This document shows, piece after piece, positions 1 to 13,867 of a DNA stretch of 64,000 nucleotides. Origin of the DNA: Octopus bimaculoides. Its lineage: Eukaryota. Below the pieces are notes generated by a model that was not told where the DNA came from, did not search any database, and saw nothing but the letters and a program-made list of their open reading frames with translations. How positions within the stretch are numbered: the first letter of the stretch is position 1; the number at the start of each line of letters is the position of its first letter. The stretch is taken from NCBI RefSeq assembly GCF_001194135.2, contig NC_069004.1:22224222-22288221 (forward strand). The letters are read 5' to 3'. The translations under genes were made by a program, and so were the position numbers.

Positions 1-480
1 CTGTGCGAGGATGGAAGCCATGCTACATGTCAGTGAGCAGGCCATTTATAGCTAGGAATATGATCAGCTTCCTTCTGACAATGCATTCCATGACTTTTCT
101 GATGTGTGACAGTCAGAGAAATAGGTTGTAATTTTTGGCATCTGCTCTACCTCCTCTATAGATAGGTCAAATTTTGCCTTCTTTTAACATTTTGGGAAGT
201 TAACCACATGCAAGAACACTTTGAAAAAGTATCTACAGTGGTTTTGCCAAAGCTTTCTTGCATGTCTTAAAAGGAATCATTCAATAATCTACTTCTACAT
301 ATGTGAGAAGCAAAGGCAAGGTGACCAGAAACTATTTCAAATACAGGTTTTATATCAGATGCTTCTAAATGCTTCTAATAAATAAATATTAACAGTCAAT
401 AGGGGGTTTGATCTTGGAGTTTCTTTCCAAATGGTTTTCCTGAGTGCCCATGGGATGAATAATCCCTCACCACACACTAA
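1..480 (-). pseudogene. Decayed CR1/Jockey-group LINE ORF2 fragment (RT N-terminal region), running off the window start
   Basis: Manual minus-strand translation with stops and frameshifts gives CKKALAKPL*ILFQ..LPKMLKEGKI*PIYRGGRADAKNY..ISL..KVMECIVRRKL..LL..HGF. This matches the W.A.V.PI.K.G..NYRPISL..K.ME..QHGF block of non-LTR RTs. Confidence 0.75.
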
Positions 481-525
481 ACTAATATTTACCTCCAACA
501 TAAACAAGAAACAAGCATATATATA

Positions 526-607
526 NNNNNNNNNNNNNNNNNNNNNNNNNNNNNNNNNNNNNNNNNNNNNNNNNNNNNNNNNNNNNNNNNNNNNNNNNNN
601 NNNNNNN
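526..607. other. Assembly gap flanked by (TA)n; other gaps at 4779-4788, 9087-9331, 38120-38129, 40902-41562, 57301-58246, 59991-60345
   Basis: N runs in the sequence; four of the seven abut (TA)n tracts. Confidence 0.98.
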
Positions 608-611
608 TATA

Positions 612-656
<45 letters not shown>

Positions 657-658
<2 letters not shown>

Positions 659-880
659 TTTAGCATTCATATTACTCTATCAAATGTAATGCTTATTTAT
701 TAACATTGTTTTAAACTAATCATGCATTATCTCCCAACCTTGAGATATCAATGATGTGATTGTTTAAGTTTTAGAATGGCATTGTAGGATAGGTGTGAAA
801 GGCCAGATCTGGCTGGTTTGAACATAAAACAGACAGAATATTTTGACCAGGTAAGGCTAGTTTGAATGCTACAATGTTAA
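657..880 (+). mobile_element. TTAA-flanked piggyBac-type MITE (family E, about 225 bp)
   Basis: Same body as the other family E copies (tttagcattca..tactct.tcaaatgtaatgc..gccagatctggc..tttgaacataaaac..ttgaatgcta..gttaa). Confidence 0.75.
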
Positions 881-2211
881 TGGACATTTCCTTCATTAGC
901 TTCTCAACTGATGAAGGTACCTCCCAAATATACTGCCCTCATTCCACAATTACTCCCTACCTCCAGTAGTACCAAGTATTATTAAATGATACTGCCAGAG
1001 AATGTTTTCTGGAAGGCAGAGAAAGCCAAATATTTAAATCCACTCCCACCATCTATCTGTTACTTCCACACTTCCTTAACATCCAGGAATCTTTATAAGA
1101 AATATCTCTACCAACACCACCACAAAATACTCATGCACAAAAAAAGTTGGAAAGAAAAGAAAGCCCTAAGAAAGTCTGCTATTCTAATTACCAATCTTTC
1201 TTTTACAAATAAATTCATCTTACATCCATCTGTCTCCTACGATTAGGAAAATTAATTTTTATAAAAGGAAGAAAAAAGATGTGAAAAATTCTGAAGAAAA
1301 TATGAAAATCTCTACAAATGGATTTAAAAATATAAAATGTTACAGTTAAATAGGAAATATTTTATTTAAGAATTTTATATTTGATATTGATCAGTTAAGA
1401 ATATATAGTGGTGGCAGTGGTGATAGGTGGATGCATGTCAGTATATACTTGTGGGGTGTGTGTGTGTGTGTGCATGTAAATATCCAGAGTGAAGTATGAG
1501 TCAATGACTGTTAATATGTTAAATTTGAGTTTTTTTTAGAGTGTGCATGTGTGTGTAAGAGAATGTAACTGGGCATGATTATCTGTGCTTGTGATCATGT
1601 GAATATCTTTGAGGGAGAGAAAGAGAGAGAGAGCAGAGGAGAAATAAATATAGAAAAGAAAAACAAAACTAAAGATGAGGAAAAAAATGTTAAAAAAACA
1701 TCTATAAAGAATCTATGAAAAGAATTCAATGGATGTTGAAAGTTGAAACAGGTTTTAAAATAGAATGGAGACATCTCCCTGTCTTACCCCTCCCATGTAC
1801 ACAGAGCAAAAACTAACAAAAACACGGATTAAATCAAATGGGCAAATAATGGACCCTAAAAGTAAAAAGGAAAAAAATCATTGCTTCAACTGGTATTTTT
1901 ATATAAAATTATTGATTATTATGTTAAAATGTTGTCAAAGTTTTTGATGTGAGTCTTTCTTCTAGATTTATCTCATTTGAGCTCATTGTAAAATAAGGTT
2001 TTCTATTTCTCTTTCTCTCTAATTCTCACACACACACACACCAATAAGGACAAAATACAGTTAAAAAAAAGGACCTAAAGAGAAAATTAACAGATGTTAA
2101 TCAAACAACCAGGAATGGTACACAAAACAAAGACAGATCTACATGACAACATGACTTGCTAGAAACAAGACAGATTTCCCTCAAATTATACAGACTATTG
2201 TCAATATATAT

Positions 2212-2370
2212 TATTGTCATCATTTAATGTTTGTCTTCCATGTTGGTATGAGTTGGATGGTTTCAGAGGAGCTGGTAATGCCAGGGGCCACACCAGGCTC
2301 CACTGTCTGTTCTGGCATGGTTTCTACAGCTGGAAGCCCTTCCTAATGTCAACCATTTTAGAGAGTGTAG
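2212..2370 (-). mobile_element. RTE-type 3' tail fragment, next to a short (TA)n
   Basis: catcatttaatg..ttccatg..ggttggatgg..caccaggctcca..tttctacagctgga.gcccttcctaatg.caacca, homologous to 59756-59915. Confidence 0.8.
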
Positions 2371-2624
2371 TGAGGAGTAAAAGCAATAACAATGATGTTT
2401 TTCGGGACCCCTTCCCCATGACTGTTGAAGGAAATTGTTTTCAGACCAGAGACCTGGCCTGAATTCTTGCATCAGAAGGGTCTTTGCTAAAGGCAGTAAA
2501 GGGTTAGGTGGTTGTGGTAAACTATGTAACAGATCAACCCTTTTGATACCAGCCTGCCTGAGATTGCCCCATAATCCAAGCTTGCTTTTTTAATCCTCCA
2601 AATAAATACCAAAGTTTACTCTGT

Positions 2625-2995
2625 GGGCATGGTTGTGTAGTTAAGTAGTTTGCTTTGCAATCACATAATTTCAGGTTCAGTTTCATTGTGTAGCACCTGA
2701 GTACCATAGCCCCAGGCCAACCAATGCCTTGTGAATGAATTTGGTAAATGGAAACTGTGTAGAAACCTGTCATGTGTGTCTGTGCATGCCTGCCTTTATG
2801 TTTGTGTTTATCCCTCCACTGCTTAACAACCAGTATTGGTTTGTTTATGTCCCTATATCTTAGCAGTCTGGCAAAAGAGATTGACAGAATAAGTACAAGA
2901 CTTAATATTAAGTACTGGGGGTGATTAGTTCAAGTTAAAACCCTCAAGGCAGTTCCCCAGCATGGCCACAGTCCAATGACTGAAACAAGTAAAAG
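2625..2995 (+). mobile_element. tRNA/CORE-type SINE family B, diverged full-length copy
   Basis: Head ggttgtgtagttaagtagtttgc..ttcaggttcagt, internal (TG)n, 3' body gaataagtac..tactgggg..cagcatggccacagtccaatgactgaaacaagtaaaag. Confidence 0.8.
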
Positions 2996-4930
2996 AAAGT
3001 CAAAGAATTTAATCATTATTAATCAAATTTCTAATGAAATACATTATCCAGTGTTTCAATTAATTTTTAGAATAATCATCAAATAGTTTTTACCAATTAA
3101 TCAAAGGAGGAAAGGCAGCATCTGTCTTTTCCTAGAAGTATATAAGCAGATAAACTTCATATTTATCCTGTTTTCATTCCTTCATAAAGTGATACCAGAT
3201 ATGTATTAAAGGTTGATTCAGTAAACCCCAACTTCTATCCAGCTTCAAAAGTTTGGTCTTGTGTGAATGTGTTAAATTTTATTGTTTTTATATATTCTTT
3301 TTTCTTTGGTTGGTCTGGAGGAAGGGGTTATGCTCATGAACTTTGATCTTTGCAGGCCTTCTGAGGTCATTGAGGTTGATGTTGTTATTGTTGTGTTTAA
3401 ACTGTTGCAAGTCAGGATCTGCAGGAAAGACATGAGCAGTGCAGAGATTCCAGGGAGACAGAGTTCTTGGAAGGAAAGACTGGGAAAGGAGATTAGTACA
3501 GGGTGTGGGAGAGTGGACACAACAAAGGTAGTGAAAGGTGAAAAGACAAGAGGGTCAGGAGTGCCTAGTGGCGAAGATATAAGACAAGTCAGCAACTAAG
3601 AACAGAAGCTATTATAGCAGTAATAGAAATAATAGAGTGTGGAGACATCACAGCTGTGGGTGTATATCTGTGGTTAGATTGATGGAATCAGTAAAGCAAT
3701 ACCTTGAAATACCTTGGGGTATTTGATTATGACTCTTTATGTTCAGGTTCAAATCACTCCAAGGTCAACTGTCATCCTTCCAGTACATGCAGGTGTGTTT
3801 GCATGTTTAAGGAGTTTGCTTTAAATACCACCATATGACCAAGTCAACCGAAACCCTGTGCATGAAATTTGGTAGAGAGAAACTTGTGCAGGAGCCCATC
3901 AGAGGATACTTTCTTATTCTTGAGTGGTAAACTTAATTCATCACTCAGTTGAAACACCACAACTTTTGGTTCCTTTTCCCAGTGTCCACTCTTTTGCAGG
4001 CATCTGGGCTAGGTCTGGTCTGAAGACAACTTCCTTCTTCCCAACATTTATAGAAACCCTAAAAATAATCATGGGCATTGCCCTTCCTCCTCTGATCAAG
4101 CCATTAAAAAATATACCCTTTGTGAAGTATTGGGTAAAATATAATTTTATACAACAATTTTTATCCCTTACTTTAAGGAGGTAAGGCTGCATTCAGAGAC
4201 CTTTTCAGAGACCCTGAGAGTGGGAGAGGGAAGAAAGTTATCATCCTCAGTGTGGAGTTATGGCCTAAACATTTGCTAAAGGTACATAATGGCCAGGTGA
4301 TAGTGTTAAACCAAGCAATGAAACAAAAAATTTGGAGGAGTTTAGTAAAATAATTTCTCATTATCAAACTGGAATTTGGAATATAATTTGACAAAAAGTG
4401 GCTTAAACTTAACTATGAGCATTAAAATAGACAGTGAGAAGGCCATTTGGACATAGAAGACTGCCTCTTATCCCACTTATGTTACCATGAAAAGAAACAT
4501 AAAAACTATATCAATGATAATCAATAACATCAGATATTTTCTCTTTCCTCCATTTTTGCTTGTTTACTCAGCTTTTAGTTTCACGAGCTATACCTCTCCA
4601 ACTTCCACTTAAAATGTAGATTAAAACTTAAGACTGCACCAACAAACACTAATCAGCAACATATCTAAATGCCTCATTTGGTGAAAATGTTTAACGCATA
4701 CCAAACGAGTAAATGAACCCCACCCTAAAAAAAAAAAGAAGTCTTTGATAAAAAAAGAAAAGCAGCTAGATCGGAAGANNNNNNNNNNCCAAAAAACTTG
4801 TAAAGACAGAAGGAAAGAAATGTCACTAACTAAAACTTTTGAATTGCCATTCCCTCTTAGAAAATTCCAAACGTTACTGGTTTCAGGAATTCCTATTTTG
4901 CTCCTTCTACATCCATGAAAACAAAACAAC

Positions 4931-5540
4931 TAATAATAATAATAATAATAATAATAATGTTTCTTTATTGGCCACAAGGGCTGAACACAAAACAAATAGG
5001 GACAATACAAAACTGGGGACACATGGGGTTTAACACAAAAATTGAGTAAACAATAAAATAACAATTACAATTAAACAATAAAATTTCCCAAAAGGGGAAG
5101 TTCCTCATGGGGACAACCGAGGAACCCCACACATTCTGGTTGTCCTGACCGCCAGATGCACCTCAGTAGGCACCTCTCTCCTTTTCAACTCATCCAATTT
5201 ACAAACAAAAGTTCAGAGTATGCCCACTCACACAGGCTGTCCTCTCCACATTGCACCCACCTTTCAACAAATTTACTGGAGGGCAGAACTTCCCTCTCTA
5301 CTCTCACTTTCCTTTTCAAGTGGAACTTGAAAAAGTCAATGTAGGTTTGGCCAAAGAGAGAAGTATCTGTCTTCAGTCCTTTCAATCTCATCCACCACAC
5401 TACCTCTTTCACCATAGCCACCAGACAGAGAAAAAACCGCCTTTCCTTCCTGGCCAAAGAAGGCAGCAGGGCAATCTTTACGATGGACTCAGCTGATAAC
5501 CGGATCTGTCCTACACATGATAACAGCTGTTCAACAAATA
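4931..5540 (-). mobile_element. L1-Tx1-like LINE 3' end (ORF2 C-terminus, 3' UTR, AATAAA, (TTA)n tail), 5'-truncated
   Basis: Open frame 5538 to 5185: VEQLLSCVGQIRLSAESIVKIALLPSLARKERRFFLCLVAMVKEVVWWMRLKGL..FFKFHLKRKVRVEREVLPSSKFVERW. This resembles the Tx1-clade ORF2 end (K..IW..R ... ER....F..RW). The minus strand finishes ..cccttgtggccAATAAAgaaac(att)n. Confidence 0.7.
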
Positions 5541-5544
5541 TAAT

Positions 5545-6771
5545 AATAATAATTATTATTATTTCAAATTTTTGCCCCCAAGGGCAGCTTGGGAGAGGGG
5601 ATTAAGTCGATTACATCAACCCCAATGTGTAACTGGTACTTATTTAATTGACTCCAAAAGGATGAGAGGCAAAGTTGACCTCGGCAGAATTTGAACTTAG
5701 AATATAAAAACAGACAAAAGGCCACTAACCATTTTGTCTGAGATACCAACTTAGCTTGCTACCTAATAATTCTTTCTACTACAGACTGTTCAACAGGTAC
5801 TTATTTTAACTTCTAAAGGATGAAAGACAAAACCAACCTCAACAGGATTTGAACTCAGAACGTAGTGAGTCAGAAGAAATACCACTAAGCGTTTTGTTTG
5901 ATGTGCTATTGATTCTACCAGCTGGCCACCAACAATGATGAAGATTCCAAGTTTTGGCACAAGGTCAGCAATTTTGGAGAGGAGGTAAGTTGATAACATC
6001 AACCCTAGTGCTTGACTGGTACTTATTTTATCAACCCAGAAAAGATGAAAGGCAAAGTTGACCTTGGTGGACTTTGAATTCAGAAAGTAATGTTGGAAGA
6101 AATGCTGCACAGCATTTCATCCAACATGCCACATTTAATAATAATGATGATGATGATGATGTTGATTTTAAATTTAAGCATAAGGCCAGCAGTTCCGAGG
6201 GGAGGGTATTAGTTGATATCATCAAACCCAGTACTTGACTTTTGTTTTATTAACTCTGGTGTGACGGATTGACAAAAGACAAAGTTGATCTCAGAAAAAT
6301 TTGCACTCAGAAGATAAAGAGCCAAAACAAATACCACATGATATTTTTTCGGTTTTTTTAACACCAACAATTCTGTTAATCTACTACCATAGGCACAACA
6401 CCTCAAATTTGGGAGAGAGGGGTTAGTTGCTTACATCAACCTCAGTATTTGACTGGTATTTGATCTTATCAACTCCGGAATGTTGAAAGATAGAGCTGAC
6501 CCTAGTAAAATTTCAGCTTGAAATGTAAAATGGACATAAACTAAATGCTAAGAGGGGAATATATAGTTCAAATTTACAGGAAATAAAAGATGAAGACAAG
6601 TGTAGGAACAACAAGCAAGTGTATTAGTTCAACACTCTGGAAGAATCAAAAAGTCTTTTATGTTTCGAGCCTACAGTCTTCAACAGAAAGGATTAAGAGA
6701 GTAAAAAAAAGAGAGAAAAAATGTATAGGGATTAATGGTTCAACGTGATGAAATAACCAGAAGAAAGAAGC

Positions 6772-6817
<46 letters not shown>

Positions 6818-7060
6818 CATATATATATCAGTTTCAAATTTTGGCACAAGGCCAGCAATTTTAAGCAGGGGGGTGGTTTAGTTGATTACACCAACATTGG
6901 TGCTCAACTGGCACTTAATTTTATCAACCCCAAAAGAATGAAAGGCAAAGCTGACCTCAACGGAATTTGAGCTAGGAACATAAAGAGCCAGATGAAAATT
7001 ATGTTGAGTATTTTAACTGGTGCACAAACAATTCTGCCAGTCCACCACCTGAACAACAAC
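5545..7060 (-). mobile_element. Cluster of six tRNA-derived SINE family A copies (approx. 5558-5762, 5765-5935, 5940-6140, 6165-6345, 6375-6540, 6830-7060)
   Basis: Each carries the reverse complement of the B-box segment (aaaggcaaagttgacctc..atttgaactcagaac) and/or the tail (ggcacaaggccagcaattt), homologous to 50545-50758. Confidence 0.85.
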
Positions 7061-7933
7061 GACGATGGCGATAACGGTGATGATGACGGCAACGACGTAA
7101 GGCTCATTAGTGAGGCTCATTAGTGAGGTTCCAGTTCAGGAGATCTGGAGTTGTGGGAAGTGTGGAATCACCCCTTAACTCTCATAACTCCCAGGTCCAT
7201 TCTGTTTTGAAACAGTAGTACCCGTTAGGCTCCCATTAATAAGTTAAATAGATTTTCCTGAGGTAGAGGAGGCTCCCAATATTGTTTGACAAAGCTATGG
7301 GGAAAGTAGCTCTTGTAGGAGAAAGATATTCCAAAATAAAGCTTGTAGTTAAAATAGAACCAGTCATCTTGCAATGCTTGTCATTGGAACCTGCTATAGT
7401 GATTGAGAGAGAGCCAAATGTGTTGTACAAGCTTTTGTCACTTAAATCCAATAACATACAGGTGCCTCACTATCATGTCATTGCTTTGTCCATTTTGTAT
7501 TCTATAAAGTCCTATGGTGATGAAATGCAGCATGAAAAGTGATATTCATACATGTGTAAGGATAAAAGTAAATCAGAACAGTCTGGATGTTGTAAGACAG
7601 CTATCATTTGACAAGATGAAGCAATCATCATGTATGTATATATATATATGGATTTATCCATTCAGTCATTTATTTAATGTGTTTCTCCATATTAGCATGG
7701 GTAAGATGTGAAAGTAATTGAGGCAGTATTTTTACTGCCCAGATGCTCTTCCTGTTGCAAATCCTTGTGTCTGTCTGGTAAAAGGCTTTTACTCCAGAGG
7801 AATATTCAGAGCAAGTAACAATTTGTTGACATTTCCTGTCAACAAATCTCACCAGTCTCAGCAGAGATACAAGGCATAATGCTTTGTGACATTTGTATCT
7901 GAATATCAATGCAGATTATACAAATTGAGAAGT

Positions 7934-7964
<31 letters not shown>

Positions 7965-8334
7965 ATCACATATAAAGTATTTTGGTAAAATTTGCCCCAT
8001 ATTAAATACGTGCAATGTCTTGATTTTTCCAAGTTATTGTCCTTTATATTCTTGAGTTCAAATCCTGCTTATTCAAATTTTTACCCTTCTAAGAGTCAAT
8101 AAAATAAATGGTAGTTAAGTACTAGAGTTGATTTTATTAGCTAAATCCTCTTCATTACTTGTGACTATGTCATAAAAATAAACCAATTTTAAGATACAGA
8201 ATAAAGTGCCTCAATGCAAATACTGGGGGTAATAATGGTGCTGCTTATGGTTGCTCAAGCTGCTAGAACTAGCAGCCAAATTTCACTCGAATCACACCTT
8301 CATTCTTAGAATAGGAAGGACACACTAAATAATC

Positions 8335-8520
8335 CTTTCTACTAAAGGCACAAGGCCTGAAATTTGGGGGGAGTGCCCTAGTCGATTACATCGACCCCAG
8401 TGTTTCATTGGTACTTCATTTATCGACCCAGTGGAATTTGAAGTCAGAACAGAAAGACAGACAAAATACTGCTAAGCATTTCACCCAACGTGCTAACAAT
8501 TGAGCCAGCTTGCTGCCTTG
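8335..8520 (-). mobile_element. SINE family A copy
   Basis: ctttctactaaaggcacaaggcc..gtcgattacatcgaccccagt..gaatttgaagtcagaac..tgctaagcatttc..gccagcttgctgcc. Confidence 0.85.
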
Positions 8521-8574
8521 GATACACTAAATGATACTATGACCTCAGGTAAATCAGTACTAGATAAAAGAGAA

Positions 8575-9861
8575 TACTGTAAAAACCTATGTAAATGCAC
8601 ACCTGTATAATTTACGCAGGTGATTTTCAGGATAAAATATGTTTTAAAAAAGCTTCTGCTCATGTAAAATTCACACCCAAAAGTTTTTAGAATTGCCGAT
8701 ATAGCTAGGGGAAAAAGGTTTTCAATTTAGTTGTATTTAGCATAATTTCACTTACTTATAATTAGATTTTATTAAATTTTCATTAAATAAAAATAATTTC
8801 TGCTTAACAAGTATCACATTGAAAGCTATTAAATTACAAAGTGTTTGTGTTGTTTATAATAAACTTTATTTTACATTTCTTGCCCACAAGAAATTATGTC
8901 TGATCTTTAGCATACTTCTCAATATTTTCTCAAATCATGATCAGAGGAAAAGAATTACCAACAAAAACAAAGCTGGTAAATATGCACAGGCGTTGCAAAT
9001 TAAGTTTAATTACCAATGAACATCAGCTTAGATGACACTTTACTCAACTGACAGAAGAAGGTAACCGATTAAACTGATTATGTAAANNNNNNNNNNNNNN
9101 NNNNNNNNNNNNNNNNNNNNNNNNNNNNNNNNNNNNNNNNNNNNNNNNNNNNNNNNNNNNNNNNNNNNNNNNNNNNNNNNNNNNNNNNNNNNNNNNNNNN
9201 NNNNNNNNNNNNNNNNNNNNNNNNNNNNNNNNNNNNNNNNNNNNNNNNNNNNNNNNNNNNNNNNNNNNNNNNNNNNNNNNNNNNNNNNNNNNNNNNNNNN
9301 NNNNNNNNNNNNNNNNNNNNNNNNNNNNNNNTGGCAATAGAGCCAATGTTCAAAATTGGCGTAAACAGTACGACAAACTTAAAACTGTGCCTAGTAATAA
9401 ACAGACAAAAATAAAAACATACAAACAAGATTATCCATATCACTACATTTTTTTCAGTCAGGAATATCCATATCACTATGTATGTCAGTGGTGCTCCAAT
9501 GTGATTGCTAGAAACTCCAAGCAATGTAAAACATGGCCTGGACCACATGAACGTCAGAATTTAAAAAGTAGTTAACCATTTAATGGTTTTAGAAAATTTA
9601 TACAGAAAAAGTAAGCATTATACCATCCAGCATAAATAAAAGTCAACTTCATATTTAAGCCAGCATTTTTTCTGGAAAAACCTTTTCTGAGATTAAATGA
9701 ATCAACTTCCGGTACGAATGTTTATGTTTTGTATGTCTTTTTGCAACAAAAAAATTTCTAAAAAGATTCTGGAAACGATCTACTCATGTAATTTATGCAG
9801 CCCCTAAAGTTTATTTTTATTTTTGCAAAAAAGTGCATAAATTACATGGGTTTTCATGGTA
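8575..9861. mobile_element. Non-autonomous Tc1/mariner-superfamily (pogo/Tigger-like) element, TA-flanked, containing an N gap
   Basis: Left end TActgtaaaaacctatgtaa; reverse complement of right end TAccatgaaaacccatgtaa. Imperfect TIR with TA at both termini. Confidence 0.5.
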
Positions 9862-10736
9862 GTCATGACTGAAACAGCTTCCATCACATAACTTATCAGG
9901 GTTGAAGAACAGATGGATATCTGGAAAAGGGACTTGTTGAATATATCTTTCCATTGACTTGGGGTTAATGTCTCTGGAAAGAAGCCTCTACACCTTAGTA
10001 TTCAACATAATTACAGAGCCTCTATATGATCACTTGATAAGCTAGAAATAGTACCCAAATGCTCCCTATTTAAACTCTGCAATTTTTTTTTCAATGTCAG
10101 CCTTGTTATGGTTTCAATGGCTGAATTTGAGCCTGGAGCCTCTTGATAGCAATTCATACTTCTTAACCATTTAACTATGCCTACAGCACATTTGCTTGAT
10201 TTGTTGGAAATAGAAGCTAAATCTCCCTCAAATCATAGCCTACCATCTTAAATATAGAATGATAAAGTAGATATTATAGTTCCTGATATACAAAAAGATA
10301 AAAAGGTCATATTTAGAACATAGATCTGCTAGATCAAAGGTAACCAATGGTTAAACAATAAAACTAACAATACACAAATAGAGAGACAGACACATATTTT
10401 CATTATTAGAGGTGGAAGCAGTATTAGTTCAAAATTGCAACCTGTATTATACTTAAAGCAGATATGTTGTTGAAAGCCTATATATAGATACACACACACA
10501 CATACATATGTATATATATATACACACATACATACACACACACATATACATACACACACATATATATATCAAAATGAACACACATAAAAAATATGTGTGT
10601 GTGTACACACATAAATACACACACATACATACAAGTATATGGGTGTAACTTTATATGCACACACAAGTAATATAATCAGATTCATTGAAAAGTTTGAAGC
10701 ATATGTTTATTAAATGAGAGTGACCAATAGATATAG

Positions 10737-10782
<46 letters not shown>

Positions 10783-11489
10783 ATTCTAAGCCATTGTACT
10801 AGTTTATATGATTATTCAGATCACATATATGGATAATCAGTACCACAGAATACAACACCAATTCTCGTGTTAGTACGTGATGTTTCCTTCAGGTCTGTCC
10901 TTGTGATTAGTGATGACTAACAGTCAGTGGACTGACTGTTCAGTTTATAGTGTTTGTACAAGTAAAAGTCCTGGCAGTTGACGATAAAAAAATCAATAAA
11001 GACCAACCACGTGAAGAATCAGTTTATTGGAAAGGGGAGGGGGAAGACATGATATAGTTTTTACAATGACCATTGTTAAGTATCACAACATATACATATG
11101 TACGCATACATAAACACACATGTGTATGTATGTGTGTGTGTGAGTGTGTTGTGCTTGATACATAATACCAAAAACTTATAGCTCTCGATACAGATGTAGT
11201 ATGATATATTTGTATGCAATGAGCAACATGAATAAATGTACCTTGGGGACTTGTCCTGGGTTTCACAGTCTCACACAATTCTTTTTGAAGACAAGTGGAG
11301 ACAGAAGGCCTGAAGGAGTGAGATGTGAGTCTGCAAAACCCAAGGTAGCTCCTAAGGTGTGTTTATTTGTGCTGCTTAATAAATACACACACACACTACT
11401 CTATATACTGAGTTAATTTTTTTAAATTTTTATATTACCAAATATGCATGAGCATATATACATACATGTACACTCACACAAGTGTGTGT

Positions 11490-11521
<32 letters not shown>

Positions 11522-12764
11522 AAAGACCTTCTTCTTTGTTTTTCATTCAGTATTGGATCTTTGTGTTTCTGTAACTTAGCTGTTCAGTAAACAATAAGTT
11601 TCAGGTTTATGAGTACTGGGGTCAATTTCATCAATTAAATCCTTCATTATTATTCAGGCTCTATTCAAGAGTGTTATTTGAGAAAAATTTGACTGCTATG
11701 ACAAGAGGGTCAAACAATGACAAAGGTTTTTCTGTTGAATTTTTGAGTGGTTAAAAGAAGGCCATCAAAGCCCTAAAATCACAAAAAGATTTCTCATAAA
11801 AAACTCATGAACAAAACTGATGGAAGAATTAAAATAGAAACAAAATGGGAAAAACAAGTTACTGGTCAAGAATAACCAAAATTGTATTTGTTATATTCTG
11901 GTTTTTGTCTTTTCAATCAGTCATCTTTGTGACACAAATATATATTGATTTATTGATTTAAAAAAAATCATTCTTGATCATGAATGGAAGGATATATTAA
12001 TAAATTATCAGCAACATCAAAAACCATTACAATTATGTCCTAGTTTCCACACTACAACTACCCCCCTAACCACTACCACCTCACCACCAAAATCATTAAT
12101 ACCATTCAATCCTCCTCCTCTATCTGACATTGTCTGAAAGATGTATAATACTGCTTGTTTGCCCTCATCCCATCTCTCTCTCTCTCTCTCTCTCTCTTCC
12201 TCCCCTACTGGTCACTTTTTACATCATTTTAGCTTGACCTACTTCTAAAAGGCTCACCCTAACCCTAACCACCCCTGTTATATTTATCCCCCCCCCACAC
12301 ACACACGTATGTATACACAAACACTCATGCACACAATGACACCACTCAATACAGTTGCCCCATAACATGTATTGAACATTTTCATGCTTTTCTACCCAAA
12401 AGACAAATGTATGCATACGTCTGCATACACAGAGACACACATATGCACACAAATATATTATGAATGTTTATTGTATGTTTACATATGGTGGGCCAAAATT
12501 GCTAATGCATTCTGGGTAAAAAGTGACATCATAGTACAAAGTATCTAGAGTAAGGAAGACTCAAAGGAAAACTTAAATTAAGCCTGAAACAGTATGTTTC
12601 ACTCATAGTTGAGACACAATTGAATCCTGAAGCACAAGTGGAACCTTTTTGTCAAGCAGGTAGACTCAGGCAAAAACATGTCACATGTTCAACCCAGAGC
12701 CACAATGCAACAAGCTGTCACCATCACCATCAAAACTATTGTTAATATTAGTTTTAACAATTAG

Positions 12765-12985
12765 GCTGTGAGCTGGCAGAATTGTTAACACACCAGGCAA
12801 AATGCTCAGCAGCGTTTCATCCATCTTTATGTTCTGAGTTCAAATTCAGTCAAAGCCAACTTTGCCTTTCATTCTTTAGAGGTCAATAAAATAAGCACCA
12901 GTTGAACACAGGGATTGATCTAATTGACTTACTCCCTCCCCCAAATTACTGATCATGTGCTAAAATTTGAAACCAATATTAGTTT
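12765..12985 (+). mobile_element. SINE family A copy
   Basis: ggctgtgagctggcagaattgtta..ctgagttcaaattcag..caactttgcctttcat..ttgaaaccaatatt. Confidence 0.85.
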
Positions 12986-13867
12986 TACAATGGAAAAATT
13001 TCTATTACAAGAGCTATTCTATTACAATATGGTATTTACAGCAAATTTGCATTTAATCCTTTGAGGTCAATAAAAGAAGTACTTATTCAGATGCCATAAC
13101 AAAGGTTCTCAATACTTGTGGGCAGCTGCCAGGGGAGAGAGACACTGTCCTCTACCCTCATCTCCATTATTGTTATGCCTCTCATTAGTCAATACTGGAG
13201 CCAATACAATCATTTGTTTTCCTAACTATCAATCTTACCATGCTTATCCAGCTACTCACCCAGCATGCTATCATCTACAATATGAATTACATTTGTGCAT
13301 AAAATGTGTGTATTAATGAGTGTGTGTATGCATGTTAGTGCATGTGTCTATGCATGTGAGTGTGTGTATATGTGTTCAAGTTGCAGATTTTTTCTAAATA
13401 ATTACCACTTCATTAAAAACATAGGATCTGTTCTGTTGCTATCATAGGTATTGAAATTTTAAAATTAAGTGAGAATTTTCAAATTTGGTATATAGTTGTA
13501 ATTTTTTATTCTGATTCTGATTTTGTTATTCACTAGTTTCAGAAAAAATTTTGATAAACCAAAGTTTAAAGTTTGATCATTTTTACCAAATCAGAAAAAA
13601 GAATTTGGAAGCTGGCATTTTGTGTGTGATAGCTGTCTATGACAACATTACAACAACAATCCTGTAAAAGTTTTTGAAGTTTTAATAAGTTTTAATGAAT
13701 AGTGTCATGTGAAATGTTGGAACAGGCATGCAAACAATATAAAAAGGAAAAATCCTCAATGAATTTTTTTTTCACAAAAATTACAAAAATAAAAACTCTA
13801 CACTAAAATTACAAAAAAGAAACAGACTGTAGTTCAGTTCATGTAAACAATTAATACATTTTTTTTT

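Noticed and set aside
355-703. ORF-track proteins rich in YI, CV, HT or ER dipeptides (also near 10329, 23154-23881, 37439-37713, 61704-62255 and others)
   Set aside because: They are translations of (TA)n, (TG)n, (AC)n and (GA)n microsatellites, which lack stop codons in some frames.
3272-3599. Antiparallel 105/107-aa ORFs
   Set aside because: No recognisable motif or convincing splice context; a purine/pyrimidine-skewed stretch, possibly an old TE that I cannot assign.
12255-12272. ctcaccctaaccctaacc, a telomere-like repeat
   Set aside because: Only about two perfect CCCTAA units; expected by chance.
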